Source: Octopus sinensis
Lineage: Eukaryota
Assembly: GCF_006345805.1 (NCBI RefSeq)
Contig: NC_043012.1
Location: 52,948,001-53,012,000 of the forward strand
Direction of reading: 5' to 3'
DNA: 64,000 nt
A program made the translations under genes and the position numbers. Shown piece by piece: positions 28,362 through 42,008 of this stretch. Under the pieces are notes generated by a model. It was not told where the DNA came from and ran no database searches. It was given only the letters and a program-made list of their open reading frames with translations. The first letter of the stretch is position 1. Each line of letters opens with the position of its first letter.

Positions 28362-29289
28362 TAAAATTGGATATCTACTTCTAGCATAAAGGTTGTCCAC
28401 ATAGTGGTCATCCCTCTCATATGTATGTAATATATATATATATATATATATACATCCACACATATATATACACATACGCACATATATAGCCATATACATG
28501 TGGTGTGTGTGTGTGTGTGTGTGTGTAGTAACAAAGCTTATGGATTATTTGTAAAAGATAAACTTAAATGTAAATCTGAAGATAGAGCCTTACATAACAG
28601 CTTGCAGTGTGGTTTATTTATGACTTTGGGTAAAAACAACTGAAATAACCAAGTCTATAACTTATTATTAGAACACACACACATCAGATTATTGTTTTAA
28701 AGGAAACTACATAAATATTTATAAGTACATTAGCTCCGAATTATTGACATCAATAATGCAGACAAAATGGTGAAAGATTTTCATCTATCCTTACTTCAGT
28801 TTCACAGTCAATGATAGTAAGTCTATGTGTGCTTGCATGTGTGTGTGTGTGTGTGTGTATGTGTGTGTTTTGTATTAAAAGCACAGCTATGTTCTAGTTT
28901 CATCTGTTTTTTTAAGGTATTTTTGGTATTTTTGTATGAATTCTCTGCAGTTCATTTGGAACAATAAAGTGTCTAAATCCATCACCAGCATTTCCAGACT
29001 TTCACAGACTCATCTTCAGGATATGAAGTATTTCAGTCACTTTTAAAGTAGGCAAATATGTTTTAGGTAGACATTACAACGAGAACTTTGAATTTAGTCA
29101 TTGACTTAAAATGCCAGGAGACCCTTGTTTATTTTGTTTGTCATACATTTATACTTTCTTCATATTACCTTTACACTGTATTATAGGAAATGCTACAATC
29201 CCTGATCCTCTAATTTGGGGAAATCTATATGGTATGAATGCATTGTGAGCTTATGTTTTCCTATCACTCTTTCTGTGTGTGTGTGTGTA

Positions 29290-29547
29290 TAAGGGTGAGT
29301 CAAAAAGTAATGCCATTTTGTTTAGGACAGGTATAATTACCAACACAGGAACATATATCATGCATCAAAATGAAGCTGGCACTCTGTGGATCATATCCCT
29401 ACTTCTCAACGTGGTTACCATTTCTTTTTATAGTAATGTTCCCCCTTCAAATAAGAGTATGTATCCCTGCCCCGTAAAAATTCTGTTGGCTGTTCTTTGA
29501 GCCACTTCTTCACTACAGTTTTCACTTCCTCATCACTGGAATAATTT
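29290..29547 (-). mobile_element. Mariner 3' fragment with TIR
   Basis: YSSDEEVKTVVKKWLKEQPTEF..AGIHTLI..RNGNHVEK*, then TIR (ta)taagggtgagtcaaaaagtaatgcc. Confidence 0.85.
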
Positions 29548-29988
29548 AGCGCCTTCAGACTATCATCTCTTCATGCTAACATGAAAAAACACAGATGTAA
29601 AGTGAAATAGACAAATTAACAGATGACCAGACAGGTACATGGATATCATTATCATCTGAACACCTATTTTTCCATGCTTGCAATGGACAGACAAGGTTAG
29701 CGTGTGCACCCAGTCCACACTCTAGAATCACTGGAGGTGGGGGTGGAAATAACGAACAGTGATTAAAAGAAAATTGAAAGAATAATATGACAAAGGCCTC
29801 ATAGAATGGTGGGATGTATTCTTACATTCTCAATCCATGCTATGGACATAAAATAATTAGTGTAAAGACATGCACAATTAATCATGGTGCCTCTGCATGA
29901 CCACAAACTTTTATCTTTACTTTCATATATACCTCCTATGTTAGAAGTTGTTTTATAGTATATATATATATATATATTATATATATAT

Positions 29989-30057
<69 letters not shown>

Positions 30058-30751
30058 CATATACATAAAATTAATAATTAAATATATATATATATATAAT
30101 ATATATATATATATAATATATAACGTTTATATAATATATATATATATAATATATAACGTTTATATAATATATATATATATATAATTATTAATTTAATATA
30201 TAAATTATCTATAAGGTTTTATTTCATGCTGACTACTCGATATAATCATTAACATGATTTTATCCTTCAATTCTATATATATAAATATATATATACACAT
30301 ATATACGCATACATATATAAATATACATATATATTATATATACACATACACATGCATATATATAGATATACACACACACACACATAAAATTAGCTCATTT
30401 TCAACCCTTTCTTGTTATTCTTATTTTTCTGATACCCACACACATTATAAATGCATATATGTACATTCCATATAGATGTGTGTGTGCTACATATATATAT
30501 ATTTGTTTCATTTAAAGAAAAATGAGAACATTTGTAAAACTGAGACTATTTGAAAGCAAAAGTGAATGATGGTTACCTGCATTGGAACTCGGATTGTTGA
30601 TTTGATTCTCTCACCAGTCTCTGTTTCTTCCTCAATATCTACTTCATCCCATTTCTTAGAAGAAAATAAGAAAAAACAACCATATAATAATAAAAATAAT
30701 GATGATAATAATGATGATGATGATGATGATGATGATAATAATAATAATATA

Positions 30752-31108
30752 ATACCAGCAGATGACAACGTGTCTCTAAAAGAAATGGAGAAACTTTCAA
30801 AATACAAAGACCTGGAAATAGAGGTAACTAGAATGTGGAATCTAAAAACAGAAACAATTCCTATCGTAGTAGGTGCATTAGGCATGATAAAAAATATTCA
30901 GACAAATACATAACAAAAACACCAGGACTTACAAACACATATAACGTACAGAAAATTGCACTACTAGGCACTGCACACATCCTACGCAAAACACTTTCAA
31001 TACAGTAACCATCAGAGCATCACAACAAATCACAGCACATACCCAAGGCACACAGAGCTGTGCTCCGTAGTGAATTGAAAGCAAGTTATAAAAATAAAAC
31101 TACTGAAT
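30752..31108 (+). mobile_element. 5'-truncated R4/Dong-like non-LTR retrotransposon (restriction-like endonuclease C-terminus and 3' UTR)
   Basis: IPADDNVSLKEMEKLSKYKDLEIEVTRMWNLKTETIPIVVGALGMIK, frameshift, then VQKIALLGTAHILRKTLSIQ* (stop 31006-31008). Flanked on both sides by AAT repeats. Confidence 0.85.
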
Positions 31109-31140
31109 GATAATAATAGTAATAGTAATAATAAAAAATA

Positions 31141-31648
31141 GTTTATTCTTTTATTGGCCACAAATTTATTGGCCATAAATTATACATAAAAGACAACACA
31201 AGACGATACAAAGGGTTTTCACATTCCTGTAAACATTAAATACCAATAAAGAGGCAACAAGTAAAACAACCAATAGAGGAGGTGCTTTAAAGGTTATTTG
31301 TGGAAAAATTTACAAAAGCCACAGGGGCCTGATCAACAGGGAAAGAGCCCTTCTCCTTTTATTCTTTTTACAGGTGTATTCTCAGAATTGGTCCATTCAC
31401 AACCTGGCCATTTTTCCAACATCCACCCACCTTTCAACAAATTTGCTAGAAGACAACACCTCCCTCTTCACCCTCACTTTCCTTTCCAAGAGAAATTTGA
31501 AAAAGTTGATAAGGGTTTGGCCAAAGAGGAAAGTGTCTGACTTTAGCCCTTTCAAACAATTACAAACAGTAGAACACTTGGAGATATGTTTTAAGAGATT
31601 TAAGGAAATACAATTAAAAATTGCCTGCCCCTCCCAGTTAAAGGAGGC
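31141..31648 (-). mobile_element. 3' end of a Tx1/L1-like LINE
   Basis: LKGLKSDTFLFGQTLINFFKFLLERKVRVKREVLSSSKFVERWVDVGKMAR, frameshift, VNGPILRIHL* resembles Tx1 ORF2 C-termini. About 230-nt 3' UTR ending gtggccaataaaagaataaac. Confidence 0.55.
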
Positions 31649-31656
31649 CTACAGGG

Positions 31657-32270
31657 CAATAATCCTTTCTACTATAGGCACAATGCCTGAAATTTTGAGG
31701 AGGGGGATGGCCGATTACATCAACTGCAGTACTCAACTGGTACCACTTTCACTTTCATCAACCCTGAAAGGATGAAAGGCAAAGTCAACCTCAGCAGAAT
31801 TTGAACTCAGAACATAGCAACAGGCGAAATACTGCAAAGAATTTTGTCCAGCATGCTAATGACTCCGCCAGCTCACCACCATTAAAAATATTTTCTACTA
31901 TAGGGACACGGCTTGAAATTTTGGGGAAGAGGTCTAGTCGATTACCTCGACTCCAACGTTTTGCTAGTACTTAATCTAGTAATTCCAAAAAGATGAAAGG
32001 CAAAGTTGAACTCAGGAGAATTTGAACTCAGAGCATAGCGCTGGACAACATGCTGCTAAGGATTTTGCCTGGCATGCTTACAATTCTGCCAGCTCACTGA
32101 ATAATATTAATAATAATGATGCTTGCTTATAAAGGCACAAGGCCTGAAATTTGGTAGAGGGATGTAGTTGATATCCTCCTCCCCAGTATTTATTTGATAT
32201 TTTATTTTGCTGACCCTGGAAAGCTAAAAGACAAAATTGACCTTGGTGTCATTTGAGCATAGAATGTAGA
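31657..32270 (-). mobile_element. Three head-to-tail SINE family C copies, tail type 2
   Basis: About 31657-31880, 31893-32100 and partial 32125-32270; tail aatttcagg(c)cttgtgcct(a/t)tagtagaaa. A plus-strand partial copy lies at about 57741-57860. Confidence 0.8.
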
Positions 32271-32850
32271 GTATTGATTATGATAACAATTTCTTTTATT
32301 TGCAACAAGACAGATAATGAGGTGGACAAATAGAAAGACTCACAACCAAAAATGTGGTGGTTTATACAAGAAATTGAATGAGAAATAAAGAGTTAAAATA
32401 TAAGTACACACGATATATAAATAATAAAAGATAATGATGACACATTACTACTGCTACAGGAGAGATAATCAAGGAGTACATTACCCTGGACACTAGGGGC
32501 TAGTGCCCTCTGCCACCATCAGACCCTAAGCTACAGGTGCACATTTAAAGTGGTCCCATTCACTCTTAGTATTTTCACAATTTTCACCCATCTTTTAAAT
32601 GAATTTACTTGTGAACAGCATCATTTTCCCAAATACTTTCCTTCTTCAAATTGATGAGAACTTACCAAAGAGGAATTTACCAAGCAGTAATCTATATACT
32701 AGACTAGCTATGACCTGTTGGGTCACCAGGAAACTTTGAGTTTCCCAGCAGTGGAGTTTTGTTATCGGTTTCTTTTTCCTTTATTTCGCATGCTTTCAAT
32801 GAATGTGACATCGAAATCATGTGTAAATGGTTCTTTTTCCCATAAAAGGA

Positions 32851-32967
32851 AAGATTTGGCTGCTATTTCTTGCACGCCCTTCTACCATGTAACAGGTATT
32901 TTGGGTCCTTTATCACTTATAGCTGTTACGTGGTAGCAGGGCATGCTAGAAATAGCAGCCAAATCTT
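32851..32967. repeat. Inverted repeat: 45-bp arms (41/45 match), 27-bp spacer
   Basis: aagatttggctgctatttct(t/a)gca(c/t)gccct(t/g)ctacca(t/c)gtaacag. The gaaatagcagccaaa motif also occurs near 34487, 38592(rc) and 51060. Confidence 0.9.
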
Positions 32968-33714
32968 TGGTGGTGAGATATATTGAATGCACTCAAAAAA
33001 ACCTATGGAAAAACTCAAAACACTGACGTCAGGAACGGGTTTTTATGAAATATTTACCATATTTTTAAAGCTATTTTCATTTTAAAATAGTTTTTAATTA
33101 TGCCAAAATAAATTTCTGTAAAGATATTCACTTGAAAATAATTACAAAAAAAAAAAAACATTAAAATATTATCTGTTTAAACAAAGCTAAAATATAAATA
33201 CTTACTGTACAAACAACTTACATTTTTGAAATCACATTCACTTAAAAATATTTCTAAATTATTAAAATATTATGTTTAAAAGAAGCGAAAATGGAATTAT
33301 TTACTGTAAAAAAACAACTTGTATTTTTTCATTGTCAAGTCACTATGTCCAATTAAAAGATAAGAGTTTCTTCCCTTTCAGGGATAAGATCATTTTCGGA
33401 ATATTTCCCCATTATTAACGATTTTGGGTATTTATGCCCCCAAAATCTCTACTACCTTAAAAACCACTGGTCTAATTTATGTGAAACTTGTTTCATTCTG
33501 TTCGTATTAACATTTCAGGGTAAACTTAATACATGGAATTTTCCCCTTATGTGGCCATTTGGCTGGATAACATTGCAAGCAAGCAAGCAAGATTCAAGCT
33601 GACTTTTAGTGTATTATATATATATATATATATATATATAAATATATATATGTGTGTGTGTGTGTATGTATGTATGAGACTGGTATATAAGACCAACCCT
33701 TCCCATGGTGTAAA

Positions 33715-33940
33715 GCAGTCATGACGGTGGCATGTAAAAGTGTCCATGTGGTTCCACATAAAGGAGCCCATGCAATGCCATGTAAAAGCACCCAGCACAC
33801 TCTGCAAAGTGGTTGGCATTAGGGAGGGCATCCAACGGCAGAAACCATCCCAAATCAGACTGGAGTCTGGTGCAGCTCCCCAGCTTTGGCTAAACTATCC
33901 AACTCATGCCAGCATGGACACAGACATTAAATGATGACGA
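33715..33940 (+). mobile_element. RTE-type 3' tail fragment
   Basis: ggttggcattagggagggcatcc...catgccagcatgga..gacattaaatgatga matches the tail of 18572-19229. Related tails lie near 340-470, 13065-13280(-), 15690-15900, 22155-22310, 27840-27920(-), 33990-34165, 47880-48090(-), 58870-59140(-) and 59935-60130. Confidence 0.75.
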
Positions 33941-34253
33941 TGGTAGAGGGCCAGGAGGGCAGGAACAGGTCAATGTGGTCATCCAACAAGTTGGATCCTT
34001 GGGAAATATTCAACCCATGCCAGCAGGAAAGACAGGTACTCTTGCAGGAACATGTCTGACCACTGAGAAACATTACCTTGATTGGAAGTAGATAAGGATT
34101 AGTGACAGGAAGGACATCTGGCCATAGAGAATCTGCGTCGATAAAACTCTGTTCCATGCATGCATGAAAAATGTGTATATATGTGTGTGTGTGTGACATG
34201 CACAGAGAAAACGAGAAAGAAGATTTTGTATGTGTGAATGTGAATGAATTGCT

Positions 34254-34289
<36 letters not shown>

Positions 34290-34986
34290 TACACACATAC
34301 ACAGAGCCAGGGACATATATTTTAAGCCCTGTTGGCCAAAAACACCTAAAAGCAAAATGAAGACTAGATCCTCTAAGTTGCCCAGCAGCTTTACCTTCTC
34401 CATCAGTCGGTCAGTCACCTTACATAAGAACAACACAAGCTGATAAAGAAATAAAGTGAACCTCTATGTAATTCAAAGTGCAAAAAGAAATAACAGCTAA
34501 ATCTCCATCAAATTACACCTTACAGCCATTAATAAAAAGTAAAAATATAACACGCTGGAATGAGAGGATGCATTCAATATTGAGGTGCTATATATACAAA
34601 ACAATAGCTATTTTAGCTGGACTATAAACATTATAATTAGCTGTTCTTCGTTTATATAATTAGCTCTTCTATTTTTCCACACACAAATTTAATTACAGAT
34701 TAGTTTTGATATCTTTATATTCTAGACAACTAAATGGTAGAGACATTAGAGGTTTGTCTCGCAACAATTACTGCGATTGTCTGAACTTAAGGTTCAAATC
34801 CTGTTGTGGCTTATTCAGCCATTAGTTGGATAAATCCCGACTGGCAAAAATTGAAGTTCCACTCAATGCAATATGCATGATAAATGCATTGAGTTCTTTC
34901 ATTAATAAATGATGATGTTTTGCACTGAACTACTGAGTTTGCATACAAACAAACCATTACCAGTTGTCATGTGGTATGCACATACA

Positions 34987-35020
<34 letters not shown>

Positions 35021-35194
35021 CATGTCCTTCTAATTTAATTAAATTCTATGTCTTTGTGCAGCTAAAGATTGCTCTACACTTTAAATTGATGTAATGAAAT
35101 GATTGCATTGTTCAATTAAATGGAGTCACATGAAACAATCGTACTGCATTACCTCTGGATATCCTTGTTGCTTATTTTGATTTTACATATATAG

Positions 35195-35370
35195 ATACGT
35201 ATGTTCGTACATACATACATACGTACGTACATACATAGGTACATACATACCTACATACATATATGCATGCATGCATACATGCATGCATGCATGCATACAT
35301 GCATGCATGCATACATACATACATACATACATACATACATACATACATACATACATACATACATACATAC
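35195..35370. repeat. (ATAC)n/(ATGC)n tetranucleotide array
   Basis: Direct reading. Confidence 0.95.
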
Positions 35371-35562
35371 AAGGGTTACAGAATGGACAGGATAATACCT
35401 ATGTTTCATAGTGAGTAGAATCTCAGAAGTGGTAAATGTCCAGCCGAGGTGTATAACACAGGTACTCTTTAGGCCAAGGCTATCTTGGATCTTGCATTAT
35501 TCATATATAATATATAAATAATAAGATCCTAGGATCTTACATTCATATATTCTTTCATTCTT

Positions 35563-35909
35563 TCATTTGTTTCAGTCATTTGACTGTGGCCATGGTGGAG
35601 CACCACCTTTAGTCAAACAAATAGACCCTAGGACTTATTCTTTGTAGGCCTAGGACTTATTCTGTCAGTCTCTTTTGCCAAGCCACTAAATTACGGGGAT
35701 GTGAAAATGCTAACATTGTTGTCAAGCGATGGTGTAGGGTACAAACACAGGCACACAAACACACACACGTACATATACAGCAAATCCACTCACGAGGCTT
35801 TGGTCAGCCTGAGGTTATGCTATAAGACACTTGCCCAAGGTACCACACAGTGGATTTGAACCCAGAACCATGTGGTTGGCAAGCAAGCTACTTACCACAC
35901 AGCCACTTC
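35563..35909 (-). mobile_element. SINE family A
   Basis: Head, body and tail motifs in reverse. Confidence 0.85.
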
Positions 35910-35963
35910 TATACACATATATAGATATAGATATACACACATACGTACATACATATATACATA

Positions 35964-36012
<49 letters not shown>

Positions 36013-36597
36013 TATATATATATATATATATATATAGATAATGTAAATAGAACATCATGCAGGCAAAGAAAGATGGTCACGTGAGGAAAAGAAAGATGGA
36101 TGATGGTCACATGTAAGCAATGAGAGAAAAAGAGAAAGATGGGGAGAGAGACAGACAGATAGATAGAAAATGGTGAAGGGGAGAAAAAGGAAATTAGAGA
36201 AGGATGGGGAGAAAATCGTATACAGTAGAGTTGCATCAAAACTGTTAAGAGAAATTTACTTGGAAATGGGTGCATGCGTGCGTGCGTGCGTACATAAATA
36301 CATACATACATGGCTTTAACATGGTTTCCTTTCAATGAATTCTGTGACAAGGCAATGGTCAACTTGGAGCTTAGCAGCGGACACTTAAAAGCCACTCCCG
36401 TAAAATGTGGTACAGTGGGACTGAACCCAAAACCATGTGGTTGCAAAATGAGATTTTTAACCCCACTAGTCATGTCTATTTATTTATGTCCTCCTTTTCA
36501 TAAACATTTACATAACTTCATATTGTTTTACTTGTAAGCATAGACACAAGAGTTTTATATATATCTGATATTTGATGTACTCTTTCGTCTCTTTTAC

Positions 36598-36951
36598 TCT
36601 TTTACTTGTTTCAGTCATTTGACTATGGCCATGCTGGAGCACCCCAGGACTTATTCTTTGTAAGCCGAGTACTTATTCTATCGGTCACTTTTGCCAAACT
36701 GCTAAGTTACGGGGATGTAAACACACCAGCATCAGTTGTCAAGTGATGTTGGGGGGACAAACACAGACACACATACATACATATATATATACATATATAC
36801 GACAGGCTTCTTTTAGCTTCCGTCTACCAAATCCACTCACAAGGATTTGGTCGGCCCAAGGTTATAGTAGAAGAAACATTCCCAAGGTGCCACACAGTGG
36901 GACTGAACCCAGAACCATGTGGTTGTTAAGCAAGCTACTTACCACATAGCC
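36598..36951 (-). mobile_element. SINE family A
   Basis: Head, body and tail motifs in reverse. Confidence 0.9.
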
Positions 36952-38649
36952 ATTTGTCATGAAGTCAGATTCTTCTTAAAAGTATTTAAGAAATATTATT
37001 CTGAGCAACAAGTTCGAGTACCATAACAGGAAGGAGATAGAACTAAGAGGAATGCAGGCTTTATGAATACCAGTTATTGTTTAGCCCTGGGCATCATGAA
37101 TCTTAGTTAAAGACTTGGCTGACATATACACACTGACGCATTACACACACACACACAGAGCACATGCACTCATATACACACATGCATTTATATACATGCA
37201 CAAACACCTTACTTCTGATAAGACATTGGTATAATGTTTCACTCATAATTGCAAGTAAGTCCAATGCATGCATGCACACAAATATGTATACGTGAATGTA
37301 CATAGACTATAACTTCCCTTATGCATTATATACATCTCTGACACACACTATACACACACAAAGACACATATACACATGCACATACTACTCAAACACAAAC
37401 CTGTTTACTCAAACTCAGTTACTGATATCTTACCCCTGATAATGATAAAACATTAAGTACGGACGATACAAGTACAGATGCACACACACACACACAAGCA
37501 CAAACATGTACACACACACTCACACATGCACCCACACAGACACACACACTCACACGCACATCTCGTGCACAGGCATACCCAAACACAAACTTGCACATAC
37601 AAGAATGCCCACTCACAACTCGATACACACATACATGTAAACCATAAACATACGCACACACACACACCTTATTTCAATACAGTAAGTATAAGCGAAATAC
37701 ACACACACAAAGTGACTCACACATAGCATTCACACGCACACATATGTACACAACATATACATATACATACACACACGCACATACACAAGCAGAAACCCAT
37801 TCATACACTCACTATTGTAAAATACTTTATCGGTGATAAGACATTAAGTATTTGTGAAACACACACACACCTACAGACACACACACACACATACATGCAC
37901 ACCTACACACACTTAACAAATAATAATTATCACCAATAAGACACTGAGTATAAGTGAGATAAACAAATAAAAGCCAGCAAGCAAACGCAGCAAAGAAACA
38001 CGAAACACACAAAAACACTGGTGACAAAGTAATCATATTTCTTATAAGATATTACACCACAGAGAAGTAGGTGTTGCTTGACTTCCCATTTCTTTAGCTT
38101 ATTGGGATCTGCCGTATAAATGGTTATCAATGAAAGCCACTGACCGGCCAGCATCGCCTGAGGGGAGCACATTGATTTCTACCTAATTTCTTCATCATTA
38201 TTTTGTTGGAAAGCTTCCGTTGGTTCTCTCTTCTAAGGTGCCAACTAACTTAATGAGTTTTTGTGGCAGCTTCACAACCAGTAAAGACTGAATATAATTC
38301 TGCTTCGTTAATACACTTAGGTGCTTTTCCAGCATTCTTATGGTGTCAATGGGTCGCTGCTAAGCCAGAAACTACTTCTTACCTGATAACAAAAGATTCA
38401 AATCTGCCTTACTTCAGATGTTATTGTTGTTGCTGTTCTCAGTGCTGTTTAGCCCCAGGCCATTCAGATTAAGTAGACTTACAGTAAAAGGCTATGACTA
38501 TACAGAAGACATTATTTATTTATTTATATATTTATCTATGTTTTCAGATTTGTCTTTCCTGTTTTAAGACAGTAGGGTGTAATAAAGGAGGTTTAGCAGC
38601 TATTTCTAGCAGCTGAAGAGACTACATAAACAATCTCTTTGCTCTATGT

Positions 38650-38918
38650 TAGTGTTTCTCGATCCCTTTCTTTTTTTTTTTTTTAACCTATAGACCCCTT
38701 TGATTCCTATTTTATTCAGATGGACCCTCATAGGCATTCGATGTTAAAAAAATCCTACTGTATTTCTATAATTAAATATCATCAAAATTTGTATGAAAAA
38801 ATTGTTAAAATATAATGCATATTGTTGAAATATAACCAATTCATAGCAGATAAATTTTAACAACACAAACTTATACAGACCACCAAGGGGCCATATGAAT
38901 CCCAGTTGAGAATCATTA
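38650..38918. mobile_element. hAT (Charlie-like) MITE
   Basis: TIRs TAGTGTTTCTCGA / TTGAGAATCATTA; 8-bp TSD CTCTATGT / ATCTATAT (6/8 match). Confidence 0.7.
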
Positions 38919-39169
38919 ATCTATATGGGACTGGATGGGAACTTTACAGCATTTCTTCAAGTCTATGGGTGTAATTTAGAAACGAAACTAGGGCAGTAGC
39001 TGCCCAGAAGAAAATAGGAGCTTGAAACAAATTTCTAAATACAACTTAATTCATTTGAATGAGACACCTACTCTTCCCATCGCACCCAAACTACTGTCTC
39101 CCTCCCTTAAAGAAGCAATTTGAATTTGATCTGATTTATTCGAAAAAGAAATTGTTTACTTCATTAGGG

Positions 39170-40255
39170 TATATTTACATACACTGGATGCCTGAGAGAA
39201 AATTCATGCCAACACAAAAACTCTTCCATAAGCTGCCAAGGAGAAGAATACTAATATACCCCATGGTTTTTGAAGAGCATGAAAAAAAAGGGTGGCACAA
39301 AGAATTCTCATCCTGGATAGAGTCACATCACTGTGGAATGGCACATAACACTGCAGCTTATGTTTATCAGAAAAATGATTGCAAGTTAAGGACTGATGAT
39401 CATTTAACAAACATACATACTGTAATACATCAAAATCATTTCCTGATAGTGACATTTTGTAACAAGCAAGCTCCTGTAAAAGTCTGTGTGCCAAATGATT
39501 TTAAAAGAAAAATTTAATATGTGCCATGTTACAGCATAATTTTTGCCACATCTGCTGACAGATAAACAAAAAGAGGAACTGAGACACATTGAGTTAGGAG
39601 CTGTTAAATCATTTGAATGTTGAGGGTTTTTGAAATGTGTTATCAGAGGTGAAGAAATGTAGATGTGAAAAAAAGGGCATTCTCACAGAGTTCAATTATC
39701 ATCAATGCAACCAAAAAGGAGAAAAGAAATAAAATTAAAAAACACATCAGAGTCATTCAAATATGAAGGTGATGTTAATTGTTTCCTTTAACTAGAAAAT
39801 CATTGTTCAAGATGATTGCATTCTAGATGTCAGACAATCAATAAATAGTTTTAGTTGATTGTCCTGGGTTGTTTGAGAGATGCAGTGTAAAGGAAGAGGC
39901 CTGAAGCATGGACCAACAAAAACCTGGACACTGCACCATGCCAATACTCTGACTCCTGCAACATTCATCTCTGACATTTTAGCAAAGTAGGAGTTGTCTC
40001 TCATTCTTTGGCGGCTTTCCTCTCCAGATTTGACCCCAGTGAGCAGTATTTTGTCACCAAAATTGAAATCTAGCCTGAAAGATTCCTGCTTTCATACGCA
40101 AAGAAAGGCCAAAGAAATCTGCAACAAGGATTGTGCATTATCTCAAAAAACAAGTTCAGAAACTGGAAAAGAGAAAATTCAGAATAAGAAAAAGTGAGTT
40201 GCATATTAAAAGTGGAGGGACCAATTTTGAAGGACATGAAACTAATTTGCAAGTA
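39170..40255 (+). mobile_element. Mariner (DD34D-type) transposase relic
   Basis: FLPHLLTDKQK, FLKCVIRGEE, WTLHHANT, SSPDLTP..LSPKLKSSLK, and C-terminal KSGGTNFEG; many stops and frameshifts. Confidence 0.85.
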
Positions 40256-41589
40256 AAGTAATGTCATTTGCAATAATGGTTTTGAAAAATTCTGATTTAT
40301 ATACCAGCTTGTGGTCTTATCTTAGAAAGAAATGAATCAAGAAATTCTTTATAAGTCTCTTGACTGGCTAGAAATAACAGCCAATTGCCATAACTGGCAA
40401 TTTCTGTTTGTTACCATCTTGCTGCCTATACCTGAGAACCAATTTTGACGAAACTCTGCACACATGTTAAACTAACATCCAGTTCTATTATAGGTTAATT
40501 GAATTTCAATAAAAATATACATTGGACCCCCTATTGGGGTTGGGCTATTATATGATAAAATGGGAAGGATGCAAAGCGTGTTAGTGTCAGGGAAATGTAG
40601 TAGCATAGTGAGTATGACATCAGGGAAGGAGACAACAGTGTTGTGTAAGCGACAAATATGGGGAGGCAATGGGATAAAACATTAATACAGCTTCCATATA
40701 CATGTGATGCTGCATTCAAACTTTTGCAAATACATAGATACATATACACAAGTAACCTTTAAGATGCCAAGGAAGGGAAAGAAAGGTAGGTGTGAGGAAT
40801 ACAGAGCTTTAAGGAGGGGGTAGGTAGCTTTTCTGCAGTCCATCTAAAAGAAACATTCAGACACAGACACACACACATACATATATACATACATGTCTAC
40901 TATACATCATTTTAAACATGTGATTACCTGTGTGTACGTTTGTAAATGTGCGTGCATGTGTGTTTGTGCCACATCCTATAACTGTTTGTCTCTCTACTTT
41001 TATAAGGTCTTATTATGAAATGTTAAAATTACGTCAAAATTTTCAAATTTGGTATACTGAGATAATTTGCCATGTTAAATCTGATTTTGTTACTTATTTG
41101 TTCCAGAAAAATTGCAGAAAAATGTTGCTGAGGTTTAAAGTTTAATCAATTTTACCAAATTAGAAAACAGGATTTGGAAGCTGACAAATCACAAAATGAA
41201 AGCAAAACTATTATGAGGAGGAGGTTTTATTAAACAAATGAACGCAAAGCATTACAATGACAAAAGATGTAAAAACTTCTAAAGTCTTAATAAGTTTTAA
41301 TGAATAAAGTCATGTGAAATGGTTGAACAAACATGTAAATAATCTAAAAAGGAAAAAAAAAATCCACAACAAAGTTTTTTGCAAAAAATTGCACAAATCT
41401 GCCCTCATCAAGAGGCTTCTCTGTTAGGGAAGACATGGTCTGACATGCAACAAAGAAAAATTTATATAAGATATTCTATCGTAAAAATTGCCTGGTAACG
41501 ATGGGCTATTCAGCAAGTATATATATGTATATATATAAATATATATATATATGTACACACACACACACACATACACATATATATATTCT

Positions 41590-41806
41590 TTTATTTGTTT
41601 GTCATTTGACTGCAGCCATGCTGGAGCACTGCCTTTAATCGAAGAAATCAACTCCAGAACTAATTCTTTGTAAGCTTAGAAATTTTTCTATCACTCTCTT
41701 TTCCTAAACCGCTAAGTTACAGGGACATAAACACACCAACATCGATTGCCATGTGAAGGTGGGCTGACAAACAGAGACATACACATACATACATATATAT
41801 ATGTGT

Positions 41807-41851
<45 letters not shown>

Positions 41852-42008
41852 ACCTGCTTTTTTCAGTTCCCGTCTACCAAATCCACTCACAGGGATTTGA
41901 TCAGCTTGAGGTTATAGTAGAAGACACTTGCCCAAGGTGCCACGCAGTGGGACTGAACCCAGAACCATGTGGTTGGTAAGCAAGCTACTTACCACACAGC
42001 CACTCCTA
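41590..42008 (-). mobile_element. SINE family A
   Basis: Head, body and tail motifs in reverse. Confidence 0.9.

Noticed and set aside
32715-32751. CTGTTGG...GAAACTTTGAGT...CCAGCAG hairpin resembling the fold-back family hammerhead
   Set aside because: No CUGANGA core or stem II; at most a deleted relic.
39059-39517. 152-aa ORF
   Set aside because: Overlaps the decayed 5' part of the mariner relic; no host-gene features.
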